A stretch of 64,000 nt of DNA from Thermoplasmatota archaeon (GTDB lineage: Archaea; Thermoplasmatota; Penumbrarchaeia; JASLWR01), in NCBI GenBank assembly GCA_030740765.1, contig JASLWR010000004.1, positions 24,873-88,872 on the forward strand. The letters are read 5' to 3'. The notes under the pieces are model-generated. The model was not told where the DNA came from and ran no database searches. It saw only the letters and a list, made by a program, of their open reading frames with translations. The position numbers and the translations under genes are program-made. How positions within the stretch are numbered: the stretch's first letter is position 1; each line of letters opens with the position of its first letter. Below are positions 1 through 8,878 of this stretch, piece by piece.

Positions 1-3000
1 CTGCCATATCACCCAGTGTAGAAAGATAAGCATCCAGTTCTGAAAGGTCACTGGTCTGTGATGGATCAGGGGGAGGTCCATCTGGCAACTCTAACGGTGG
101 GGTGTCGGGTGATTTAGGAATCGGTTCGGGGGGAAATTGCGGTGTCGATTCCATTGGTATTAAGGGTTCTTCCGGTAGGGGAAAGGGAGTTTCCATAGCA
201 CCAACAATCGGGAATGCGAAGGGCTGGACTGCCAGATCCGGAGTAGTGATCTGGGTCGGGGGTGCTGGATTCATGATTGTTTGATCCGAGGGGGAAGGTC
301 CGGGCGGAAGAGCCATTCTTTCAAGGTATTGCGGCCCCTGCTCAGTTGAAAATGAAGGGAGCGAGTATGCGGTGCTGCCTACAGTACCCATGCCTTGTCC
401 CGCCTGATTATTGGGAGTTTGTTGTGAGGATTGCCCGTACTGAGGTAACTGGGGCTGCCCGAACTGATTGGGCGATCCCCCACCTGATTGTTGAACGTTT
501 AGCCCCGGTCCCGGCGGAAGCATTAGCTGTGAGAATTGCATTCCAGGCATCCCGCCATGTCTTTGTGGCTGTGGGGCTGCCCCGTATCCTTGCTTCCCCG
601 TATACATGTGCTGACCCTGGGGATAAGGATGGGAACTAGGGCCGTAAGGGGATTGTTGGAATGGAGGAGGTGACGATGGCGGAACATCCTTCTTCCCGTT
701 CTTCTTTTTTCTCACTATAATCAAGATGATCAGGACAACGATGATGAGGGCGAGTATCCCCCCCAGGATAATGAATAGCATGGAGGAACCTTCGCCCAGT
801 ATCCCGGCACTTTCCGTGTTGACAATATCGGGCTCGCCTTCCGGTGAATCCTCCCCGTTATTCGGGTCGGTACCGGATTCCCGTTCGAATCCGTCGGAGA
901 AACCGTCCCCGTCGCTGTCCATCTCGTAATCGGCACTGCTGCTCACCGCGATCTTTATCTTTTCACTCTCATTGTAGCCGTGACCGTCTGACACGAATAC
1001 CGTTATGGTATGTTTTCCCGGAGCCAATCGTGCATTCATTACTGCACCTGTCCCTAAAGATCGGTTGGCGCTGACATTGGATGTCCAGTAATAGCTAAGA
1101 TTATCCCCGTCCTCGTCGAAGGAAGCGGATGCGTCGAATAAAATCACGCTGTCGAACCTGAATAACGAACCTTCATCAGGAGCTGATATTACCACATCCG
1201 GCCTGGAATTCACCCATACCCTGTACGGGATCGAAATATTGTAACCGGTACCCATCAGATCGTCGGCACGCCAGCGGATGTAATTATCGGTCCCCCAATC
1301 AAACTCCAGCTCCAATAGTACCTGGGTGGGATTGCCATCCACGACGTTTATTACCTTCTTCCATGGACCGTAATTATTTTCGTCGTCACCCCCGCCATTT
1401 GAGATGGAATATTCAATCGTTACCGGATCGACCCCGGTTCCATCGTCGAATATCTGTATGAAACATTCAACATTGTTGCTGTCAGCATACTCATCCTCAA
1501 GCGGTGTAAAAGAGCCAAAATGTACGGGAGAACGGTCTATTTTCAGGTTGAATTTATCGGATAATGTAAAGGGGTTCCCAACCAGATCAGTCCCTCTGAA
1601 CATTAGAAAATTATCCTTCCCTTCAGCGTAGTCGAAGGTCACCGTTATCTTATAACTGTTTTCAGCATCTTCGATAATATTTTCAGCATCTATGGACATC
1701 CATCCACCGAAATCGCCCGGACCAGAGGTTGATATCCTGGCTTCCAGGCTGCCGGGATCCACCCCGCTTCCTGCATCCCTTACAATTATACTGGACGTTA
1801 TTGTGTTTGTTTTGTACCATTCCGTCTCAGGCGAGATTACGTTTGCGAAATTTACAGGTGTGACGTCCACTTTTATATTTATCGAAGGAGATTCTGTAAA
1901 CCCGTTTCCCGAAATGTCCTTGGCACGCCATTTTATGTAATTGTCCTCACCTTCATGAAATATGTATTTGATATCAGGCATCATTGGTTCGCTCACTTCA
2001 GGTATCCACGCGGGGATCCAGAAATCGAAGCCGTGCTCGCTGCCGCTGGAAATAGAGTATTCGATGCTGCTGCCGTCAACCCCGGATCCTTCTCCATCAT
2101 AGATCTCGATGGAGCATTCCACGTCCGTGTGATTGTGCCATGAGCCGTCTTGTGGGGAAAAGTTCGAAAAGACGGGGGGGGTCAAGTCCACCAGTATGCC
2201 CGAGGTTGCGGCATCGCCAATGTTCCCCACCATGTCGATGCACCATACATAAATTTCTGCAAATCCCTCGTCCAGTTTATCTATCTTGATCTCCGTGTCG
2301 TTGATGAACGATCCGTTGATGGTTCCCGACTTATCGGTTCCGGAAAAATAATATCCAAGTAGACCCGAGGCTGGGTCCTCCACCCTATCCCAGGTAACGT
2401 ACATCTCGGCTAGCTTCGTATTCTCCGTCTCCTTGTCCTTGAAACCACCGGCACGACACTGCAGGTTAACGGGAAACAGCGGAGGGTCCGCATCGATCTT
2501 CACCGCAAATGTCAGATTCGTCATGCATATGCCTGTTCCGGGTATATTCTCGATTGTGATGAGATATTCTTCCTCCTCGTCCGTTATGTTTCCGGAAGTG
2601 AATATTATTTCGACGTTTTCACCCCTGCTTTCGTTATCCCACCAAGTTCTTCCGGAGCTGTCCGAAAGCTTGACATCGTAATAATCGTCATGGGGAAAAA
2701 TGTCGATGCTACCGGCATATTGCACTGTTATATTGCTAAGGTTTATACTTTCTTCACCTTGTATCCAAGCTTCCTCCCTCAAGGCTCCTTGGTATTCACC
2801 TATATAATCAGCCGTACCGAAAAAGTCCAGGTCGTTCTCGATTCGAAAGAGCCATGGGAACCGATCAACGGAATATTCACCTGTTTTTGCCGTTGTAAAA
2901 ACCAGGCAATCGATCAACTCCTCGTGTGGAAAAGTGAAATTGAAGATAAGAATGAAATTCAGGTACCACCTGTCCACACCGTTATTCGTGATGAAACAGT

Positions 3001-4063
3001 CGTTTATCAGTAACTGAACTGTCCCAACCTCGTCCTGCAGTTTGAAGAATTTGCCCTGGGTCCAATTGTAGCACAATGTGGCGTTGGTGGTATTGTAATC
3101 CAGGTGGACCTTCACGTTTGATACCTCATCGAGAGAGTCCATGGTGCTGACATTCAGGGTGAGGTTGTACGGTTGGTACTGGGCGTAGCAAATTTTGTCG
3201 TCGCCGGTGGGATTGACCAATTCAACGTTCTCTGCACTGGGTATGGAAGTCATACCCTCCATGGCCTCCAGGATCTCCTGTTGGGAAAGATACCTGGAGA
3301 AGATGGCGGCATCGTCTATCAACACATCCGCACCGCTGTTAGCGGAGATTGGTTTTCCACCCACACAAGGGTCCGTGGGGCAGTGGGAGCCCTGTGCACG
3401 CCGCGGAGATGTAGGAACGTTCTTTGCACCTGTAACCTTCAGAACACCGTCAACATAAATCTGGAGATTGTTCATATTGCACCGAATGGCGACATGATGC
3501 CACTGGCTGTTAGCCAGGTTCAAACCGTTTGCATACGTATTATAATTCGAATTGTCATTATCACTCCCTCCCCAGAAACGTATCTGTGATGAACTGGCAA
3601 GGTTCATAGTGTAGCCGTTTCGGTTGGTACAACAATCCCCGAACATCATCAGCCCCTTCTGGCTTCCAGAATTGACCTTGAACCAGCACATGAAAGTATA
3701 GGCGTTAGGCATATCGAGGTTTGCAAGAGGCCCGCCAACCTGAACACGATTCTGATCGCCCCCGGGGACCCGTAATGACCACCTTCCGTGTTTAGCGTCG
3801 TTGGAAAACGAGACTCCATGAAGTGTCCCGTCGTTCCCACCAGAAATCGACAGGTCCCTTGCCAGGTTTCCCCTGCCTTCCTCAAAATCATAGTACAGTG
3901 CCTCCGGCTGCAATCCTCTCCGGCGTGCGAAAGCAGGTTGAGCGGCTTCCATCTTCCCGATTTTAACGTCTTTGGACCTGTTTTCCTCAAATGCATGAGA
4001 TGATAAGAATACTGCATATGAAGAGACTAAAAGTAATATGACGATGAGTGATATAAAAAACAT
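1..4063 (-). CDS. Giant single-pass surface protein, paralog A (3' partial, C-terminus beyond window start). Signal peptide MFFISLIVILLLVSS, LamG/ConA-like N-terminal head, conserved ectodomain, DSDGDGFSDGFERE motif, TM helix, P/Q/G-rich cytoplasmic tail.
   Basis: ATG is at 4063-4061 (revcomp translation MFFISLIVILLLVSSYAVFLSSHAFEE). Hand translation of the same frame (codon top position = 1 mod 3) reads NSGADVLIDDAAIFSRYLSQ at about 3281-3340, YEMDSDGDGFSDG at about 890-928 and QTSDLSELDAYLSTLGDMA at 2-58. These match paralogs B-D. The frame is identical at both ends, so the ORF is open-ended and not listed by the ORF track. Internal stops were not exhaustively checked. Confidence 0.7.
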   Translation of the reverse strand, partial: MFFISLIVILLLVSSYAVFLSSHAFEENRSKDVKIGKMEAAQPAFARRRGLQPEALYYDFEEGRGNLARDLSISGGNDGTLHGVSFSNDAKHGRWSLRVPGGDQNRVQVGGPLANLDMPNAYTFMCWFKVNSGSQKGLMMFGDCCTNRNGYTMNLASSSQIRFWGGSDNDNSNYNTYANGLNLANSQWHHVAIRCNMNNLQIYVDGVLKVTGAKNVPTSPRRAQGSHCPTDPCVGGKPISANSGADVLIDDAAIFSRYLSQQEILEAMEGMTSIPSAENVELVNPTGDDKICYAQYQPYNLTLNVSTMDSLDEVSNVKVHLDYNTTNATLCYNWTQGKFFKLQDEVGTVQLLINDCFITNNGVDRWYLNFILIFNFTFPHEELIDCLVFTTAKTGEYSVDRFPWLFRIENDLDFFGTADYIGEYQGALREEAWIQGEESINLSNITVQYAGSIDIFPHDDYYDVKLSDSSGRTWWDNESRGENVEIIFTSGNITDEEEEYLITIENIPGTGICMTNLTFAVKIDADPPLFPVNLQCRAGGFKDKETENTKLAEMYVTWDRVEDPASGLLGYYFSGTDKSGTINGSFINDTEIKIDKLDEGFAEIYVWCIDMVGNIGDAATSGILVDLTPPVFSNFSPQDGSWHNHTDVECSIEIYDGEGSGVDGSSIEYSISSGSEHGFDFWIPAWIPEVSEPMMPDIKYIFHEGEDNYIKWRAKDISGNGFTESPSINIKVDVTPVNFANVISPETEWYKTNTITSSIIVRDAGSGVDPGSLEARISTSGPGDFGGWMSIDAENIIEDAENSYKITVTFDYAEGKDNFLMFRGTDLVGNPFTLSDKFNLKIDRSPVHFGSFTPLEDEYADSNNVECFIQIFDDGTGVDPVTIEYSISNGGGDDENNYGPWKKVINVVDGNPTQVLLELEFDWGTDNYIRWRADDLMGTGYNISIPYRVWVNSRPDVVISAPDEGSLFRFDSVILFDASASFDEDGDNLSYYWTSNVSANRSLGTGAVMNARLAPGKHTITVFVSDGHGYNESEKIKIAVSSSADYEMDSDGDGFSDGFERESGTDPNNGEDSPEGEPDIVNTESAGILGEGSSMLFIILGGILALIIVVLIILIIVRKKKNGKKDVPPSSPPPFQQSPYGPSSHPYPQGQHMYTGKQGYGAAPQPQRHGGMPGMQFSQLMLPPGPGLNVQQSGGGSPNQFGQPQLPQYGQSSQQTPNNQAGQGMGTVGSTAYSLPSFSTEQGPQYLERMALPPGPSPSDQTIMNPAPPTQITTPDLAVQPFAFPIVGAMETPFPLPEEPLIPMESTPQFPPEPIPKSPDTPPLELPDGPPPDPSQTSDLSELDAYLSTLGDMA

Positions 4064-4263
4064 TTTACTACTGGTCACTTGGGCCATTCGATCATTCCAT
4101 AGCTTGTTTATAACGATAAAGAGAGTGAACCATAAGGGCGATAGCTATCCGATTGCTTATCTTAATCATAGTATTAATTCATTAATAACTATTTGGTAAA
4201 ATATCCGGATTTGTCCTTTTCCAGTATTTTTTTAACAATTACCCATCACTAGCGGAATTTTCT

Positions 4264-7200
4264 CTAAATTGAATTGATTACCCCTTGCGTCTGGCATACC
4301 GGGCAGGTGACCAATGCCGGGAACTCGGCGATCTCCGCCATGTAATTATTGCCGCATGAATGACACTGCATCTGCAGGAATCCCCTTCGGTTACCGCCAC
4401 CGTCTGGTGGCGTAGGCCCGTTTACACTGCGCAACACCTTCGGCGTTGCTCCCCCCTCGGGAGCAAGCTCCCTACGGGGGAGAGGGGAAGCAGATTCTGC
4501 TTTTTCCTGAAGGAAGCTAGCTTCCGAAGGATGTAGCGGAGCGGAACGGTCTGCGGTCACCGAAGATGAAACCAACAGACCTGTCTGTTGGTGATTCATA
4601 GTTATCTCATTCGTCAATTGTGATGATGAGCCCTCCGGAGCCGGGGGAGCCATGTTTCCTTCCGGAACTGGCGGTGCGGCAGGCACCGTGGGTTCTTTAT
4701 ACATATCATCCAATGAAGAAAGATATGCATCGAGCTCGGACAGATCACTGGTCGGCGAAATACCTGCCGTGGGTGGACTAAGCCCAGCTGGGGCTTGGCT
4801 GGCAGTAGGGATCGAAGCCCCCTCCGGGGGGAACTGCGAGATTTCTCCCGGGGGAGATGAAGGTGATGGCGGTCCCGAAAAAAGCGTTCCCATGGCACCA
4901 ATGTCCGGTGAAGTGGGAGGGAGGACTGACAGATCGGGGCTTGTCATCGGGCTTGGTACCGCCGTATTAATAGTTGTTTGCTCTTCCATGGAAGCGGGTG
5001 CTGGAGGAAGTGCCATTCGTTCAAGATTTTGTACTCCCTGTTCGGTAGTGAATGAAGGAAGGGCATATGCCTGACCTGCCGTAAGATCGGTTCCTGGCCC
5101 CGTTTGATTGTAGAGAGGCTGTTGTGGTGCTTGAGCTTGACCTAATTGCGAAGAACCATACACGTCGGGTCCATGCGGGAGCAACGGGAGGGAGCCCTGT
5201 CCACCCGCCATCCCAACATATGGTGCCTGGAATTGGGGTGAGCCCCCGTATCCTTGCTGCCCGGGTGACATATACTGGCCCCGGGGATGGGGCAGCATAG
5301 CCTGCCCTTGTACTGAGTGCTGGATGGGTGCTTGGACGGATGGAGAAACCTCTTTTTCTTCTTTTTTCATTCTTTTTCTTACGATAAAAAATATTACCCC
5401 AATAAGTATGATCAGCAATAGAATTCCTCCGAGAATGAATAATAACAGTGAAGAATCTTTACTGAGAATACCCGCGGTTTCGGTTTCCACGATGTCTGGT
5501 TTACCGGGGGGACTATGGGCCCCATTATGGGGGTCGGTGCCTTTTTCACGCTCCAGACCGTCAGAGAAACCGTCCCCGTCGCTGTCGCGTTCATAATCGG
5601 CTGTAGCGCCCACCTCGATTTTAACTTTCTCGCTTACATTGTAACCGTGCCCGTCTGACACGAACAAGGTGATAGTATGTTTTCCTGGGGTCAGGATACC
5701 TCTCATTAGAACCTTTGAGCCGATTGAACGGTTCGCACTGACATTGGAGGACCAGTAATAGCTGAGATTGTCGCCGTCCTCATCACGTGATCCCGAGGCA
5801 TCAAAAAATATTTGACTGTCAAACCTGAAGTACACTCCCTGTTCGGGATCCGTGATTATCGCTTCAGGGCGGGAATTCACCCATACGCGGTACTCCCTAG
5901 ACTCATTGTAACCGGTACCCATCAGGTCGTCGGCGCGCCAGCGGATGAAATTTTCTTTTCCCCACTTGAATTCCACCTCCACCAGAACCTGTGCAGGATT
6001 TCCCGAAACCACGTTTTCCGCCTTTTTCCAGGGCCCAAAACTTTTACGGTCGCCCCCCGCCCCGTTCGCAACTGAATATTCAACCGTTGCCGGATCGACC
6101 CCTGAACCATCGTCCAGTATCTGGATGAAACATTCAACCGTCTCGCTGTCCCCGTACTCATCCCCGCCAGGTGTGAACGTCCCGAAATATACCGGAAAGG
6201 TATCAATTTTCAGATTGAATTTATCGGATAGGGTGAAGGGGTTGCCAACCACGTCCGTCCCACGGAACATAATGTAGTTATCTTTCCCTTCGGCATAACT
6301 GAATGTCACAGTGATTTCGTGTGTGTCTTCTCCAGCTTCAGTAATATTTTCGGGGTCAATCGGCATCCATTGGCCATAACTATTTTGACCCTCGGTGGAT
6401 ATCCTAGCTCCAAGGGTTGTAAGGTCCACTCCGCTTCCTGCGTCACTTACAGTGATAGTTGTGCTTATTTTATTTAGGTCGTACCATTCCTTTTGGGATG
6501 ATATCTCCTTGGCGAAATTGACCGGTGTAACGTCCACCTTCAAATTTACCGGAGAAGATTCAGCAAATCCGTTTCCCGAAATGTCCTTGGCACGCCATTT
6601 TATGTAATTGTCCTCTCCCTCAGGGAAGATGTATTTTACACTCGGAATTATAAGGTTTCCTCCTTCCGCGACCCATGCAGGTATCCATAGATCGGAACCC
6701 AGCCCCAGGCCTACTGAAACCGAGTATTCGATGGTACTGCCGTCGACTCCCGCTCCATCTCCGTCGTAGACCTCCACCGAGCAATCGATATCCGTGTGAT
6801 TGTGCCAAGAACCGTCCATGGGAGTATGGTTTGAAAAGACCGGCGCCGTCAGATCAACCAGTATGCTCGATGTGGCGGCCTCCCCAATGTTTCCCACCTT
6901 GTCCACGCACCACACGTAAATCTCAGCTTCTCCCTCGGTCAGCTTATCGATCTTGACCTCCGTATCATTGGTTAATGTCCCGTTAGTGGTTCCTGAATCG
7001 TCCATCTGGGAATAATAATATCCAAGGAGACCAGAAGCAGGGTCCTCAACGGCATCCCAGGTAACGTACATCTCGGGCTGATCCGTATTCCCCGTCTCCT
7101 TGTCCTTGAAACCTCCGGCGTGGCATATAAGATTGACCGGATACAGGGGTGCCTCAGCATCGATCTTCACGGGGAAGGTCAGATTAGTCATGCATATACC

Positions 7201-8751
7201 AGAGCCGGGGATGTTCTCAATGGTGATGAGATATTCCTCGTCCGGGTCGGTTACGTTTATCGAGGTGAAACCTATGTCGATATTTTCTCCCTTGCTATCA
7301 TTGTCCCACCAGGAATTTCCAACGCTGTCCATTACACGCACGTCGAAATAACCGTCTTCAGGGTATATGTTCGCAGAACCCGCGTATCTCACTTTGAGAT
7401 CCGATAAAGCCAATTTCTCGCTTCCTCTTATCCAGTCCCCTTCATCCAGTTCTCCCTGGAATATGCCTGTTAAACCTGGCGAGCCAAGCAATTCCATATC
7501 ATTTTCGACCCTGAACAGGTATGGGAAACGGTCCCGGGAGTTCTCACCAGTATTTGCTGTGATGTCCACGAAACAGTCCACCTGCCTTTCGTGAGTGAAA
7601 GAGAAGTTTATAATGAAGGTAAAATTGACCCACCACCGGTCCACAGCGTCATTGCTAACGGAACATTGGTTCGGAAGAAATCTCACGTGGCCGTCCGGAT
7701 CCTGAACTTTAAAAAATTGGCCCCGGGTCCAGTTGTAGCCAAGAGTTGCGTTTGTCGTGTTGTAGTCGAGATATACAAGAAGTTCGGAAACCTCATAGAG
7801 ATCTCTCGTGGCCGTGATGTTTACGCTGAGATTGTATGCCCGGTACTCGGCATAACATACCTTTTCCACCCCTCCCTCGCCCCTGAGTGCTACCTCGTCA
7901 ACGTGGGCCGTGATCTCCACGGCAAGCCATTTTATTACATTCAGAAAATAACGCTGGCAGTTGCCATTGGAATCCCAGTTGCCGCCAACCCCCGAATACG
8001 TCCGGCCCCTGCCGTATATGAAGATCATTGGGCTCTGACGGTTGTTGGCGTCCCCGATCCGGGTTGCCTGGGGAGCGATGTTGTTATCCCGCAGCTCGGA
8101 ATCAAATAGACCGTTACTGCCGGTGACGGGAGAATTCACACCGTCCCATATCTCGTGGTTGCCCACCTTGTTAAAAGAGAAACCTCCAGCATTGTCGCCT
8201 CTACCGATCCTGTTGGTATAACCGAACATATCTTCGAGAGCGATGTATCCCCCTTGAATGGGATCCTGCTGGTCTACCATCCCGCAGCTTTCGCTCCATA
8301 TACCGCCTCCAGCCTGAACCCAGTTCCGCACGTCCGCAGCCACCACCCTGCCGCGCCCCCTAGAACGGCCCAGGTACACCACGTCGTAATTTGCCAGAAC
8401 CGCGGCATTGAGGGTACCGCTGCACATCTCGGTTATTTCTATACCATTGTTTGTGAGATAGGTTTTGGGAATCGTCACGTAGCTGTTGCGCCCGCAGGAA
8501 TTTGTCCCGTCCCCCTGGTAGATTAGAAATTTAACGTTACCTCCACCCCGGCTCATTGGTGAAAGTTCCTTATTGACCGTAATATGATTATCCCCATTGG
8601 CGTCATTTACCTCTCCCCGCCATCCATTGAGAGTTGGTCCAATATCAGCAAGCAGTATTATAAACAGTATCGAAAATATCAGGCCGGAGACCACTTTATC
8701 TCTCATTTGCTTCAATTCCTTCCATCTCCAAAAAGACCCTGAACAACCCAC
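4264..8751 (-). CDS. Giant single-pass surface protein, paralog B (1495 aa). ThuA/GATase1-like head, Ig-like/PKD ectodomain, Ca-binding-like DSDGDGFSDGLERE, TM, cytoplasmic tail with C-terminal C4 zinc ribbon. Carries an in-frame 75-aa insertion before the Zn ribbon.
   Basis: Long ORF in the track. PKD motif FDASGSRDEDGDNLSYYW. TM segment LLLFILGGILLLIILIGVIFFIV. C-terminus MQCHSCGNNYMAEIAEFPALVTCPVCQTQG. The true start may be the internal Met MRDKVVSGLIFSILFIILL at about 8706, which gives a signal peptide. Confidence 0.85.
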   Translation of the reverse strand: MGCSGSFWRWKELKQMRDKVVSGLIFSILFIILLADIGPTLNGWRGEVNDANGDNHITVNKELSPMSRGGGNVKFLIYQGDGTNSCGRNSYVTIPKTYLTNNGIEITEMCSGTLNAAVLANYDVVYLGRSRGRGRVVAADVRNWVQAGGGIWSESCGMVDQQDPIQGGYIALEDMFGYTNRIGRGDNAGGFSFNKVGNHEIWDGVNSPVTGSNGLFDSELRDNNIAPQATRIGDANNRQSPMIFIYGRGRTYSGVGGNWDSNGNCQRYFLNVIKWLAVEITAHVDEVALRGEGGVEKVCYAEYRAYNLSVNITATRDLYEVSELLVYLDYNTTNATLGYNWTRGQFFKVQDPDGHVRFLPNQCSVSNDAVDRWWVNFTFIINFSFTHERQVDCFVDITANTGENSRDRFPYLFRVENDMELLGSPGLTGIFQGELDEGDWIRGSEKLALSDLKVRYAGSANIYPEDGYFDVRVMDSVGNSWWDNDSKGENIDIGFTSINVTDPDEEYLITIENIPGSGICMTNLTFPVKIDAEAPLYPVNLICHAGGFKDKETGNTDQPEMYVTWDAVEDPASGLLGYYYSQMDDSGTTNGTLTNDTEVKIDKLTEGEAEIYVWCVDKVGNIGEAATSSILVDLTAPVFSNHTPMDGSWHNHTDIDCSVEVYDGDGAGVDGSTIEYSVSVGLGLGSDLWIPAWVAEGGNLIIPSVKYIFPEGEDNYIKWRAKDISGNGFAESSPVNLKVDVTPVNFAKEISSQKEWYDLNKISTTITVSDAGSGVDLTTLGARISTEGQNSYGQWMPIDPENITEAGEDTHEITVTFSYAEGKDNYIMFRGTDVVGNPFTLSDKFNLKIDTFPVYFGTFTPGGDEYGDSETVECFIQILDDGSGVDPATVEYSVANGAGGDRKSFGPWKKAENVVSGNPAQVLVEVEFKWGKENFIRWRADDLMGTGYNESREYRVWVNSRPEAIITDPEQGVYFRFDSQIFFDASGSRDEDGDNLSYYWSSNVSANRSIGSKVLMRGILTPGKHTITLFVSDGHGYNVSEKVKIEVGATADYERDSDGDGFSDGLEREKGTDPHNGAHSPPGKPDIVETETAGILSKDSSLLLFILGGILLLIILIGVIFFIVRKRMKKEEKEVSPSVQAPIQHSVQGQAMLPHPRGQYMSPGQQGYGGSPQFQAPYVGMAGGQGSLPLLPHGPDVYGSSQLGQAQAPQQPLYNQTGPGTDLTAGQAYALPSFTTEQGVQNLERMALPPAPASMEEQTTINTAVPSPMTSPDLSVLPPTSPDIGAMGTLFSGPPSPSSPPGEISQFPPEGASIPTASQAPAGLSPPTAGISPTSDLSELDAYLSSLDDMYKEPTVPAAPPVPEGNMAPPAPEGSSSQLTNEITMNHQQTGLLVSSSVTADRSAPLHPSEASFLQEKAESASPLPRRELAPEGGATPKVLRSVNGPTPPDGGGNRRGFLQMQCHSCGNNYMAEIAEFPALVTCPVCQTQGVINSI
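4372..4596 (+). repeat. 225-nt hairpin-rich repeat element (MITE-like), inserted in frame within the paralog B coding sequence; second copy at 60781-60895.
   Basis: The stretch 4372-4400 (ctgcaggaatccccttcggttaccgccaccgtctggtgg) aligns with 60781-60820 (cgcaggaatcctcttcggtaacccccaccgtttggtgggg). Both copies end in ...ggaagcagattc(c)tgc...gatgaaacc(a/c)acaga...tctgt(t/g)ggtgattcat. Paralogs C and D read TNEITM-QCHSCGNNY without these 75 codons. Confidence 0.6.
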
Positions 8752-8772
8752 AAGTTGTGGGTATCATCCTCA

Positions 8773-8806
8773 GAAATATCAGTATGCACATGCATTCTGA
8801 TATTTC
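8773..8806 (-). terminator. 10-bp inverted repeat hairpin (gaaatatcag/ctgatatttc) in the spacer downstream of paralog C and upstream of paralog B.
   Basis: Perfect 10-bp stem with a 14-nt loop read directly; lies between the stop of 8879..13234 and the start of 4264..8751. Confidence 0.3.
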
Positions 8807-8878
8807 TACCGGATAAAACAACGTACAACCTGTATTTATATCTTATCCGAAGATGCAGCGGGAAGTCTTAAACCGAAG

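Noticed and set aside
277-3589. Plus-strand ORFs of 60-140 aa listed across 1-4060 (for example 277-639, 1404-1631, 3173-3589) and the minus-strand ORF 3649-4017.
   Set aside because: All lie antisense to, or out of frame within, the open-ended paralog A reading frame. They mirror the antisense ORFs seen inside paralogs B-D and have low-complexity composition.
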